Shown here: one piece after another, positions 19,029 through 27,879 of the stretch
Layout of the letters: each line of letters begins with the position of its first letter
How positions within the stretch are numbered: position 1 is the stretch's first letter
DNA from: an uncultured bacterium
GTDB lineage: Bacteria; Cyanobacteriota; Vampirovibrionia; Gastranaerophilales; Gastranaerophilaceae
Direction: 5' to 3'
Assembly: GCA_949288725.1 (NCBI GenBank)
Contig: CASELF010000027.1
Location: forward strand, 89,487-153,486
Length of the DNA stretch: 64,000 nucleotides
Translations under genes and position numbers: made by a program
Notes under the pieces: generated by a model
The model's database searches: none
Seen by the model: the letters and a program-made list of their open reading frames with translations, nothing else
Told to the model about the DNA's origin: nothing

Positions 19029-20456
19029 TTACTTTTTAATCTTTGCTCTAATATCTTGAATAGTATTAGCAAAATCAGAATTAACCTTAATTTTTTCACC
19101 AACAGTTTCACAAGAATATAAAATAGTGGTGTGCTTTTTATCTAAATAATCAGCAATAGCCTCATAACTTAATGAAAGAATTTCTCTGGATAAATAAGCC
19201 GTAATCTGTCTTGCATTAGAAATTTTTTGCTGCCTTGCAGTACTTTTCAAATCTTTCACAGTAACGCCAAAATATTCTGCAACAACTCCGGCAATAATAT
19301 CAATAGTTAACTCGTTTTTCTTTATAGAATTTTTCAAAACCTGACGCGCCAAATTGACAGTGATAAGACCTATATCAGAAAAACTTGCAAACGCACTGAC
19401 TTTATTAAACGCACCTTTCAATTCTCTGACATTATTATCAAAATTTTCTGCGATGAATTTAAAAACATCATCCTCAGCCTCAATATCCAATTCTTTTGCA
19501 TAAGCCTTAACTATTTCATAACGAGTTTTGAAATCCGGCGGTAAAATATCAACAACAATACCCATTTCAAAACGAGTACGCAATCTCTTATCAAGTTTTG
19601 GAATATCCTTTGGTTCTCTATCAGAAGCAATAACTATTTGCTTGTTGTTAGTATATAAAGCCTCAAAAGTAGAGAAGAAATCTTCCATAGTCTTTAATTT
19701 TGATTCCAAAAACTGAATATCATCCATCAAAAGAATATCCACATTACTAAACTTTTGATGAAATTTTCTCATAGCCGCATTATCACAATACTGTTTCTTC
19801 TTAGCCCCAGGACTTTCATTCAACTTGTAACAACGCATCATTTCATTGAAATATTCTTCCATCCTGACATAACGAACGGTCAAATCAGGTCTGTTAAATA
19901 TAATATAATGACCGATAGCCTGTAGCAAGTGAGTTTTTCCAAGCCCTGATGAACCGTAAATAAAAAGCGGATTAAATTGCTTAGACGGGTTATTAGCAAC
20001 AGTATAAGCAATATTATAAGCAAATTTTGAATTTTCACCGACAACAAAGTTTTCAAACTTTAAATTCAAATTCAAATTAGCACTGGACTGCATTTTAGCA
20101 AGAGCAGCCTTTGCATCTTCCACACTGCGTTCTTCTTTGGTTTGTCCGGCTTTTTGTTTTTTTAGTTCTTCTTTCTGAGTCTTAATATATGATTTTGCAT
20201 ACTCAGGATCATAACTGAGAGAACAAGTTGCGTTATCACCCAAAATTCGTTTTACAGAAGATTTAATAATATTAAACCAACTTTTTTTTAAAATATCTAC
20301 CGCCATAGAATGCGGAGAGTACAAAACCAAAGTGTCGTTTTCACAATCAACAGCGGCCAGAGGTGTAACCCAGTTGTTATAAACGTGCTCAGGTAAATTC
20401 TCCTCTAAATCAGCCTTAACCTTATCCCAAATAACATTTACATCTGTAATATCCAT
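19029..20456 (-). CDS. dnaA: Chromosomal replication initiator DnaA
   Basis: Walker A GSSGLGKTHLL, Walker B LLMDDIQF, sensor motifs and a C-terminal DNA-binding domain (KISNARQITAYLSRE). Start taken at MDITDVNVIWDK (20456). The ORF-track N-terminal extension is hydrophobic junk. Confidence 0.93.
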   Translation of the reverse strand: MDITDVNVIWDKVKADLEENLPEHVYNNWVTPLAAVDCENDTLVLYSPHSMAVDILKKSWFNIIKSSVKRILGDNATCSLSYDPEYAKSYIKTQKEELKKQKAGQTKEERSVEDAKAALAKMQSSANLNLNLKFENFVVGENSKFAYNIAYTVANNPSKQFNPLFIYGSSGLGKTHLLQAIGHYIIFNRPDLTVRYVRMEEYFNEMMRCYKLNESPGAKKKQYCDNAAMRKFHQKFSNVDILLMDDIQFLESKLKTMEDFFSTFEALYTNNKQIVIASDREPKDIPKLDKRLRTRFEMGIVVDILPPDFKTRYEIVKAYAKELDIEAEDDVFKFIAENFDNNVRELKGAFNKVSAFASFSDIGLITVNLARQVLKNSIKKNELTIDIIAGVVAEYFGVTVKDLKSTARQQKISNARQITAYLSREILSLSYEAIADYLDKKHTTILYSCETVGEKIKVNSDFANTIQDIRAKIKK

Positions 20457-20514
20457 GTACACATAATACCTTAAAAAAAGTGTGAAATAAATTATATATA
20501 AACAAATATAAACT

Positions 20515-20540
20515 AAAAAAAAGAGTCTCAAATGAGACTC
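20515..20540 (-). terminator. Terminator-like hairpin ~60-80 nt upstream of dnaA (same strand)
   Basis: GAGTCTC-AAAT-GAGACTC (20523-20540) is followed on the minus strand by U8 (complement of the A-run at 20515-20522). Confidence 0.5.
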
Positions 20541-20723
20541 GTTGGAATTAAGAATAGCTGGAAGTATGAAAAAGATTAATTATATTAAACGTCATAAACA
20601 ACAAAATTCTATTAACTGAATGGCTAAGTTTTTTGAAAAAAAATAACACCTTAAAAATTTACAAATTATAGCCTGTTGTGTTATTGTATAGATAAAGATA
20701 AGGGATTTTACGAGGTAGAATAC

Positions 20724-21437
20724 ATGAAAAAAAGGTACATTTTTGCTGTTATTGCAGTATTAATAACAATAGTCTTTTTCTGCAGTCTGTTTTTGGGCAG
20801 TGATAAAAGTGATGAAATATCAAGCAAATCAAACATGCCAAGAATAGGTCAATACTTGTGGACATACAATATGAATAAAAGAGAGTGGCATGAATACTCA
20901 CAAAAAGTTGACGAATTAGAATCTAAAGAAGATATTATATTACAATTAGGCTACCCTGAAGGCAACGGAGGTTACACTGTTTACCATCTGACAACTGAAA
21001 ATGCACAAGTCAAAAAAGATGATTTTTGGTTAGGTGAAGGCAGTCAAGAATTTATAATTGATAAAAATTTATATTCATATTTTCCAAAGGTATTTGAAAT
21101 TTACCAAGTATCATTCAACGGTGCAAATTTTGGCTCAAGAATGTTATCCATTAATGAAATTCAAAAATTATTTAAAGACACCTCAATCATAAAAGTTTCT
21201 GAACTTAAAAAAGGAGATATAACACTTAAATATTCCAAAAAGAATAACAAATATATGGTAGTCAACGACACCGGAGAAACTTTTTATAAATATTACATAA
21301 TTCCAAACGATAGCAAAAAAATGCAAATAGAAGATTTTTCAAATCAATTCAAAGTATTTGCACCTGTAGATATAAAACTACAAAGGATAGAAGGTTGCAG
21401 CAAAACCTTCCCTTGCTATAACATTCACATAAAATAA
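20724..21437 (+). CDS. Hypothetical membrane-anchored protein
   Basis: The ATG at 20724 is preceded by GAGGT. MKKRYIFAVIAVLITIVFFCSLFLG is an N-terminal TM/signal anchor. No other motif recognised. Confidence 0.55.
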   Translation: MKKRYIFAVIAVLITIVFFCSLFLGSDKSDEISSKSNMPRIGQYLWTYNMNKREWHEYSQKVDELESKEDIILQLGYPEGNGGYTVYHLTTENAQVKKDDFWLGEGSQEFIIDKNLYSYFPKVFEIYQVSFNGANFGSRMLSINEIQKLFKDTSIIKVSELKKGDITLKYSKKNNKYMVVNDTGETFYKYYIIPNDSKKMQIEDFSNQFKVFAPVDIKLQRIEGCSKTFPCYNIHIK

Positions 21438-21456
21438 ACTTAAAACAGGAAAACAA

Positions 21457-22764
21457 ATGATTTCATTTATAACAAACCCAATAATAATTTCAGTAACATT
21501 ACTTTGTATATTATGCTTATGCAGAGTGAATGTATTATTAGCCCTGATAGTATCCTCCGTAATTGGCGGGCTTGTAGGGCACATGAACATAAATGAAGTA
21601 ATGAATGTGTTTATAAACGGAATGGGAGGGAACTCTGAAACTGCACTTAGTTATATTTTATTAGGAGCCTTTGCTGCCTCAATGACACACACAGGACTTG
21701 CTCAATTGCTATCAAAAAAGATTGCTTGCACAATAAAATCAAAAAAATACTTGCTTATTTTTATATTGACAGGAATTGCAATACTTTCTCAAAACTTAAT
21801 ACCGGTACATATAGCGTTTATTCCTATTTTAATCCCTCCATTGCTTGCGGTTATGAATAAGTTAAAAATTGATAGAAGAGCAGTTGCCTGCGCACTTGCC
21901 TTCGGGCTAAAAGCACCATATATAGTAATTCCAGCAGGATTTGGGTTAATCTTTCAAGGTTTGATTGCCGAAAACTTTGTATCAAACGGAGTTAACATAC
22001 TGAAAAGTGACATCTGGAAATACACTTGGATTATCGGACTTGGAATGTTTATAGGGTATTTGATTTCAATATTTGTATCATATAGAAAACCTAGAGAATA
22101 CGAAAATATTGAACTAAAACAAACCGAAGAAAAAGAAGAATTACATCTGAATAAAAATCACTATATAACAATAACCGCAGCAGTATTGACTCTTGTTGTA
22201 CAATTATGGACAAATTCACTACCGCTTGGCGCTTTAGTTGGTTTAACCGTAATTTTTGGTTTTAGAGCAATAGACCACGACAAGATGGACAAACTTATAA
22301 ACGAAGGTGTTGGATTGATGGGCTATGTTGCATTTGTAATGTTAGTAGCAGCAGGATTTGCAAGCGTAATGAAAGCAACAGGAGGTGTTGAGTCACTCAT
22401 TTCAATGGTTACACCATTTATGACCAACAAAATTTTAGCCGCCTGTTTAATGCTTTTTGTCGGACTATTTATTACAATGGGAATAGGAACTTCATTTGGT
22501 ACAATACCGATTCTTGCGGTTTTATATATACCGATATGTATCAAATTAGGATTTAGTATCCCGTCAATGGTAATAATTCTTGCAGCAGCCGCAGCACTGG
22601 GAGATGCGGGATCCCCTGCTTCTGATACAACACTTGGTCCAACTGCAGGACTTAATGCTGATAATCAACACAATCACATTTGGGATACCTGTGTTCCTAC
22701 ATTTTTACACTATAATATTCCGATTGTCCTTTCTGCTATATTGGCGGTTATTATTTTCAAATAA
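21457..22764 (+). CDS. Polytopic transporter, Na+/H+ antiporter-family (YuiF/NhaC-like)
   Basis: 435 aa with about 11-12 TM helices. The N-terminal block (LLALIVSSVIGGLVG...NGMGGNSETALSYILLGAF) resembles the Na_H_antiport_2/NhaC-type family. Confidence 0.55.
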   Translation: MISFITNPIIISVTLLCILCLCRVNVLLALIVSSVIGGLVGHMNINEVMNVFINGMGGNSETALSYILLGAFAASMTHTGLAQLLSKKIACTIKSKKYLLIFILTGIAILSQNLIPVHIAFIPILIPPLLAVMNKLKIDRRAVACALAFGLKAPYIVIPAGFGLIFQGLIAENFVSNGVNILKSDIWKYTWIIGLGMFIGYLISIFVSYRKPREYENIELKQTEEKEELHLNKNHYITITAAVLTLVVQLWTNSLPLGALVGLTVIFGFRAIDHDKMDKLINEGVGLMGYVAFVMLVAAGFASVMKATGGVESLISMVTPFMTNKILAACLMLFVGLFITMGIGTSFGTIPILAVLYIPICIKLGFSIPSMVIILAAAAALGDAGSPASDTTLGPTAGLNADNQHNHIWDTCVPTFLHYNIPIVLSAILAVIIFK

Positions 22765-22858
22765 AATATTTAAACTGTTCACTTTTTGAAGTGTTTAAGT
22801 TATAATTTATGTACGAACGAGAGACAAATATATTATTTATATTGAAAGGTTATTTTAT

Positions 22859-24643
22859 ATGAAAAAAAGTCAATCAATGGGTATGTATGTAATATTAGCA
22901 ATTGTTGTAATGGTCTTTTTATCAACAATATTTATGAGCGGACCTACAACAGATACATCAGAAATATCCTATACAAATTTTCTGCAAAAACTGGAAAATA
23001 AAGAATTTTCAAAGATTGAAAAATACGAAGATAAAATTATCGCAATACCAAAAGAACAACCTGGACAATTGAATTTACCGGACAAACAACAAAAGAATAC
23101 AGTTTCTCCGTTTTTAACTCCAGATAGCAATTCACAGTATCCGATAAAACAATACAAAGTTCAAATACCGAATGACGATAACGAACTTATGACAAAATTA
23201 AACGAATCAGGAGCTGATGTTTCTGTCAAAAAAGCAGCAGAAACAAATCAAATGGCAGGGAATATCGGAACATTTTTAATCATACTATTTGGTATTATAA
23301 CATTAGGAATGATGATAAAAGCCATTCAAGCAGGCGGTTCACAGGCAATGTCATTTGGGAAAAGCAAAGCCAAAATGCTTCTTGATAGCAAAGTAAAAAC
23401 GACATTCAATGATGTTGCAGGTATTGATGAAGAGAAAAAAGAACTTGAAGAAATCGTTGACTTTTTGAAAAACGGCGAGAAATATATGAAACTGGGAGCA
23501 AAAATTCCAAAAGGAGTATTATTGGTAGGGCCTCCCGGAACAGGTAAAACATTGATGGCAAAAGCCGTTGCAGGAGAAGCAAACGTACCGTTTTTCTCAA
23601 TTTCGGGTTCTGATTTTGTCGAAATGTTTGTCGGTGTAGGTGCAAGCCGTGTAAGGGATTTGTTTGAACAAGCAAAAAAACACCAACCTTGTATAATTTT
23701 TATAGATGAAATCGATGCTGTAGGGCGTCAAAGAGGTGCAGGTTTAGGCGGCGGACACGACGAAAGAGAACAAACTCTTAACCAATTACTTGTAGAAATG
23801 GATGGTTTTGATGTTAATACAAATATCATAGTAATAGCAGCAACAAACAGACCTGACATATTGGATAATGCACTACTAAGACCGGGCAGATTTGATAGAC
23901 AAATCTATATCAACGCACCTGATGTCAAAGGTAGAGAGCAAATTCTTGAAGTTCACGCTAAAAATAAAAAACTTGATAAAGATGTGGATTTAAAAATTCT
24001 TGCCAAAAGAACACCGGGATTTACCGGAGCTGATCTTCAAAACTTGCTTAATGAATCAGCATTACTTGCGGCAAGAAACGGTGAATCTTTGATTACAATG
24101 GAAGATATTGATAAATCAATCGACAGAGTAATCGCAGGGGTAGAAAAACGCAGCAAAGTTCTAACTGATGCAGACAAAGAATTAACATCATACCATGAAG
24201 TAGGTCATGCATTAATTGATAAACTTCTACCTGAAGCAAATGAATTACACAAAGTTTCAATAATTCCTAGAGGAATGGCACTTGGTGTAACTTGGACAAG
24301 ACCAAAAGATGAAAGTGTTCATGTAAGCAAAGCAAAATTACTTGCAAAAATTACGGTATCACTTGGCGGACGTGCAGCAGAAGAAATCGTTTACGGTAAA
24401 GATAACGTAAGTACAGGAGCTTCTCAAGACTTGATAAACGTAACAGATATTGCAAGAAAAATGGTTACTGCTTGGGGTATGTCTGAAAGATTAGGGACAA
24501 TGGCATACGGTAAAAACCAAGAAAACGTATTTATGGGCAGAGATTTCGGACACCAAAGAGATTATTCTGAACAAGTAGCATACGAAATAGACCAAGAAAT
24601 TAAATCTATATTAGATGAAAGTTATGAACTTGCAAAGCGCTAG
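22859..24643 (+). CDS. ftsH: ATP-dependent zinc metalloprotease FtsH (ends prematurely at an in-frame TAG)
   Basis: It has an N-terminal TM, Walker A GPPGTGKT, Walker [32 protein letters not shown] and the zinc site HEVGHAL. The ORF stops within the conserved C-terminal helix block (see the next feature). Confidence 0.92.
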   Translation: MKKSQSMGMYVILAIVVMVFLSTIFMSGPTTDTSEISYTNFLQKLENKEFSKIEKYEDKIIAIPKEQPGQLNLPDKQQKNTVSPFLTPDSNSQYPIKQYKVQIPNDDNELMTKLNESGADVSVKKAAETNQMAGNIGTFLIILFGIITLGMMIKAIQAGGSQAMSFGKSKAKMLLDSKVKTTFNDVAGIDEEKKELEEIVDFLKNGEKYMKLGAKIPKGVLLVGPPGTGKTLMAKAVAGEANVPFFSISGSDFVEMFVGVGASRVRDLFEQAKKHQPCIIFIDEIDAVGRQRGAGLGGGHDEREQTLNQLLVEMDGFDVNTNIIVIAATNRPDILDNALLRPGRFDRQIYINAPDVKGREQILEVHAKNKKLDKDVDLKILAKRTPGFTGADLQNLLNESALLAARNGESLITMEDIDKSIDRVIAGVEKRSKVLTDADKELTSYHEVGHALIDKLLPEANELHKVSIIPRGMALGVTWTRPKDESVHVSKAKLLAKITVSLGGRAAEEIVYGKDNVSTGASQDLINVTDIARKMVTAWGMSERLGTMAYGKNQENVFMGRDFGHQRDYSEQVAYEIDQEIKSILDESYELAKR

Positions 24644-24763
24644 CTTACCTAAAACAGAGATATGCTTGAAAAAATATCAAAAGAATTACTTGAAAAAGAA
24701 ACCATTGATGATAAAGAATTTGAACAAATCATGGATTCTGTAAAACAAGAAAGACAAGCATAA
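24644..24763 (+). other. In-frame continuation of ftsH beyond two stop codons (conserved FtsH C-terminal tail)
   Basis: The same frame reads ...YELAKR-TAG-LT-TAA-NRDMLEKISKELLEKETIDDKEFEQIMDSVKQERQA-TAA. This aligns with the FtsH consensus (B. subtilis YARAKQILTENRDKLDLIAKTLLEVETLD). Confidence 0.7.
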
Positions 24764-24791
24764 ATTTAAGCAAAACTTTTTCTACAAAAAA

Positions 24792-24830
24792 ATCCATCTT
24801 ACACTAAAATCAAATAAGATGGATTTTTTA
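24792..24830 (+). terminator. Intrinsic terminator downstream of ftsH
   Basis: ATCCATCTTA (24792-24801) pairs with TAAGATGGAT (24815-24824) and is followed by TTTTTT. Confidence 0.8.
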
Positions 24831-24918
24831 TGCAAAAATTTTATAAAAAAATAAATAAAAAAAATAAAATTACCCCCTTTAATATTATTAAAAAATCAGT
24901 TAAAATAATAATAGAAAG

Positions 24919-26250
24919 ATGAAAATAGAACCATATAAAAACTTAAATTATTATCCAAATTTACCCGCCCCTCAAAAAGAAAAAAATAGAGGAGAAATTC
25001 CGTTGGCAAAAACTTTAGTAAATTTGAATAACATACCGCATTATTATCCGATAAATTTTATGGGGATACAAAATTCATCCAAACTAAGAGCATTATTTTC
25101 TTATGGATTACCTTGCATATATAGCGGAACAATAATGATTGATCCAAAAGTTTTAAACAGATGGATGAAAAACAATCTATTTTTAAAGCCTTCAGCAGAT
25201 GTTATAAAAGCGATTGAACCATACGAAAAAAGTTTAAAACCTATGGAAGAAAAAATATACAGTATAATAAAAGAACGTTCACAAATTCATCCTGATTGGA
25301 CCATAAAACAAATAATGGAAGAATTAAAACCAGTTTATTGCAGACGATTAAGGAAAAAACAGACTCCAATATTCCATGAATTAGGCGAAATATTTAAACA
25401 ATTACCTGAACAATACAATAACAAGTTTAAAATATTAATGGAAAATACAGAAAAGAAATTAAACGAACGCCCTGTTATAATTCCATTTTCATCTTATGAA
25501 TTTAAATACAAACTGGAAAAAATCGGACAAGATTACGTAAATAGCACAAACATAAAAGAGAAAAAGACAATGCGCAGGTTGTTGAAAGAATCAAAACGAT
25601 TTGCAAACACAACAAACCCAAGAACAATGGAAAAGCAAAAAGAAGTTCTTCAATTTTTGAAATTAATTCTGCGCAAATCCGTTCTAAAACATGATTCACG
25701 CCTAAATGAATTAATGGAAACCGCTCAATCAAGATTGAATAAAGATGAAATTGTAGTATCATTTTCAAGAAAGAACTTTATCTATGACCTTCTAAGGATA
25801 ATAGAGGATTTACCTGATAAAAATCTACAAGAAAAAGTTATACAAACAGCAGAAAAACTACCGACATCAAAAGATAGCACATCTGCATACTTTATGAAAC
25901 TATTATCAGAACCACCGGAAAAAATCGGTCATCGCCTGATTTGGCCATCACTTGCATCAGTAGAACACTTGTTACCACGTTCTTGCGGTGGGGCAGATAT
26001 TATGGCAAATTTTGCAGGTGCGTGCACTGTCGAAAATTCTGATAGAAAAAATATTCCTTTCATCAAACAATTAAAAAGAAAACCACTTACACCTGTATAT
26101 TGCCAACAATATGTAGATAGACTGATAGCACTTTATAAACAGGGAATATTTTATAGAATTGGTCTGAGTCCAAGATATATTAGGGATTTTAAAAATACAA
26201 TTTATGAACTGTCACAACACAAAATAAATTTAGACATTTCAAAAATGTAA
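24919..26250 (+). CDS. Hypothetical protein with a C-terminal HNH-like (beta-beta-alpha-Me) nuclease motif
   Basis: SVEHLLPRSCGGADIMANFAGACTVENSDRKNIPF (aa 347-381) fits the pattern EH-x2-P-x-S-x-GG...N...C...N..(R)K. A CIYSG element (aa 66-70) resembles the CxYxG that normally lies just upstream of HNH cores. Confidence 0.4.
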   Translation: MKIEPYKNLNYYPNLPAPQKEKNRGEIPLAKTLVNLNNIPHYYPINFMGIQNSSKLRALFSYGLPCIYSGTIMIDPKVLNRWMKNNLFLKPSADVIKAIEPYEKSLKPMEEKIYSIIKERSQIHPDWTIKQIMEELKPVYCRRLRKKQTPIFHELGEIFKQLPEQYNNKFKILMENTEKKLNERPVIIPFSSYEFKYKLEKIGQDYVNSTNIKEKKTMRRLLKESKRFANTTNPRTMEKQKEVLQFLKLILRKSVLKHDSRLNELMETAQSRLNKDEIVVSFSRKNFIYDLLRIIEDLPDKNLQEKVIQTAEKLPTSKDSTSAYFMKLLSEPPEKIGHRLIWPSLASVEHLLPRSCGGADIMANFAGACTVENSDRKNIPFIKQLKRKPLTPVYCQQYVDRLIALYKQGIFYRIGLSPRYIRDFKNTIYELSQHKINLDISKM

Positions 26251-26254
26251 TCAA

Positions 26255-27799
26255 TTAAACCTTTCCATAAGTTTCTGCATTAAAAACCTTGAATTGAAGT
26301 GCCTGCATCAGATGAATTTGTTTAATCTCAACACTATTATCAAGATCAGCAATAGTTCTTGCAAGTTTCAAAATTCGATCATATCTTCTACCTGAAAGTT
26401 GATATTTTACTATTGCAACTTTTAAAATTTCCTGAGATTTCTCATCAATTTTACAATATTTTTTAATCAATTCAGAATTTAATTCAGAATTAGTTAAAAT
26501 ATTTTCATTTTTATATCTTTCAAGTTGCAATTTCCTCGCCTTAACAACTCTACTTCTAATAGTAGCAGAATCCTCTTCACTATCAGTAGAATTAAGGAGT
26601 TCTTCTGTTGTCAATCTGGGCACATCGACCTGAATATCAATTCTATCAAGTAAAGGTCCGGACAATTTGGCAAGATAACGATTAATTTGATAATCAGAAC
26701 ATGTACAATGCTTTTCTTTATCACCTAAAAAACCGCAAGGACAAGGGTTCATAGCGCCAAGCAAAATGAATTTAGCCGGATATTTTATAGAATGTTTAGC
26801 CCTTGAAATTACAATCTCACCATCTTCTAAAGGCTGTCTTAAAACTTCCAAAACCTGACGAGGAAATTCAACCATTTCATCCAAAAACAAAACCCCACGA
26901 TTAGCAAGGGTAATTTCACCAGGCTTTGGAGTGCTTCCACCACCAATAATACCGTTAGCAGACGCAGTATGATGAACGGCTCTAAAAGGGCGCTTGACCA
27001 TCAAAGGTTCTTCATCAGATAAAAGCCCGCAGACACTATATATTTTAGTAAGTTCAAGTGCTTCTGACAACTCTAATGGAGGTAAAATTGATGCAAAACA
27101 TTTTGCCATAAGAGTTTTTCCGGAACCGGGAGAACCTATCATAAGAATATTATGCCCGCCTGCTGCTGCAATTTCCAATGCTTTTTTAGCCTTCTTCTGA
27201 CCTTTTACATCTTTAAAATCATACGTATAATTTTGCTCAACATTGTTTTTAAGATATTCATTAACATCAATAGTTGTCTTTTTTATTGGACTATCAACAA
27301 AATGATTAACAACTTGTGTCAAATGTTGCGCCCCATAAACATTAATCCCGACACAAAGCGCTGCCTCATTAACATTTGCCTTTGGAACAATAACATTTTT
27401 AACACCAGATTCCATAAGCCCCAAAACAAGAGGCAAAACCCCGTTTACGCCACGAATAGAACCGTCTAATGACAATTCACCGATAAATGCATAATCTTGC
27501 AGTTTTTCACTTTCTAAAACTTCTTCTTCTGTTAAAATTCCAACAGCAATGGGCAAATCAAAACTTGTTCCGACTTTTTTCAAATCCGCAGGTGCAAGAT
27601 TTATGACAACCTTCTTAGAAGGAAAAGTATATCCGGAATTTTTAATAGCAGACTTAACCCTATCTCGTGCCTCATTTACAGATGTATCAGGCAAGCCGAC
27701 AATAGAAATTCCCGGAAGAGAATTGACAACATCTGTTTCAACAGAAACTACATAAGCATTAAGTCCTATTACTGTCGTTGTTTTTACTGTGTTAACCAT
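26255..27799 (-). CDS. comM: Mg-chelatase-like AAA+ ATPase ComM/YifB
   Basis: 514 aa. Lon-protease-like N-domain, Walker A GSPGSGKT, Walker B VLFLDEM, a Cys cluster (NPCPCGF...CTC) and the ChlI C-terminal domain. Confidence 0.9.
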   Translation of the reverse strand: MVNTVKTTTVIGLNAYVVSVETDVVNSLPGISIVGLPDTSVNEARDRVKSAIKNSGYTFPSKKVVINLAPADLKKVGTSFDLPIAVGILTEEEVLESEKLQDYAFIGELSLDGSIRGVNGVLPLVLGLMESGVKNVIVPKANVNEAALCVGINVYGAQHLTQVVNHFVDSPIKKTTIDVNEYLKNNVEQNYTYDFKDVKGQKKAKKALEIAAAGGHNILMIGSPGSGKTLMAKCFASILPPLELSEALELTKIYSVCGLLSDEEPLMVKRPFRAVHHTASANGIIGGGSTPKPGEITLANRGVLFLDEMVEFPRQVLEVLRQPLEDGEIVISRAKHSIKYPAKFILLGAMNPCPCGFLGDKEKHCTCSDYQINRYLAKLSGPLLDRIDIQVDVPRLTTEELLNSTDSEEDSATIRSRVVKARKLQLERYKNENILTNSELNSELIKKYCKIDEKSQEILKVAIVKYQLSGRRYDRILKLARTIADLDNSVEIKQIHLMQALQFKVFNAETYGKV

Positions 27800-27879
27800 A
27801 CGGAAAGTATAACATAAGCAAGTTAATTTGTCTTTTCGATAACATTATGGTAAAATTATCCAGTGGAGATGATAAAAAG

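Noticed and set aside
20457-20531. N-terminal extensions proposed by the ORF track. Examples: dnaA 20457-20531, gcvT 9477-9524, the TPR gene 53543-53623, adhE 60937-60963 and recF 44925-44942.
   Set aside because: The extensions encode hydrophobic or odd residues, lack SDs or use TTG/GTG starts. Internal ATGs have good SDs and match the conserved N-termini of the families.
20566-20619. A small ORF (MKKINYIKRHKQQNSIN) in the dnaA upstream region, considered as a possible rpmH-like or regulatory peptide gene.
   Set aside because: It is too short and unlike L34 (MKRTFQPS...). There is no supporting signal beyond a weak GGAAG.
24641-24652. Genome-wide stop-codon reassignment (TAG/TAA read as sense) as the explanation for the ftsH in-frame stops.
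   Set aside because: Conserved genes in the window end at the expected positions with TAA (dnaE, uvrB), TAG (helicase) and TGA (Cas4-like nuclease). No other conserved gene shows internal stops.
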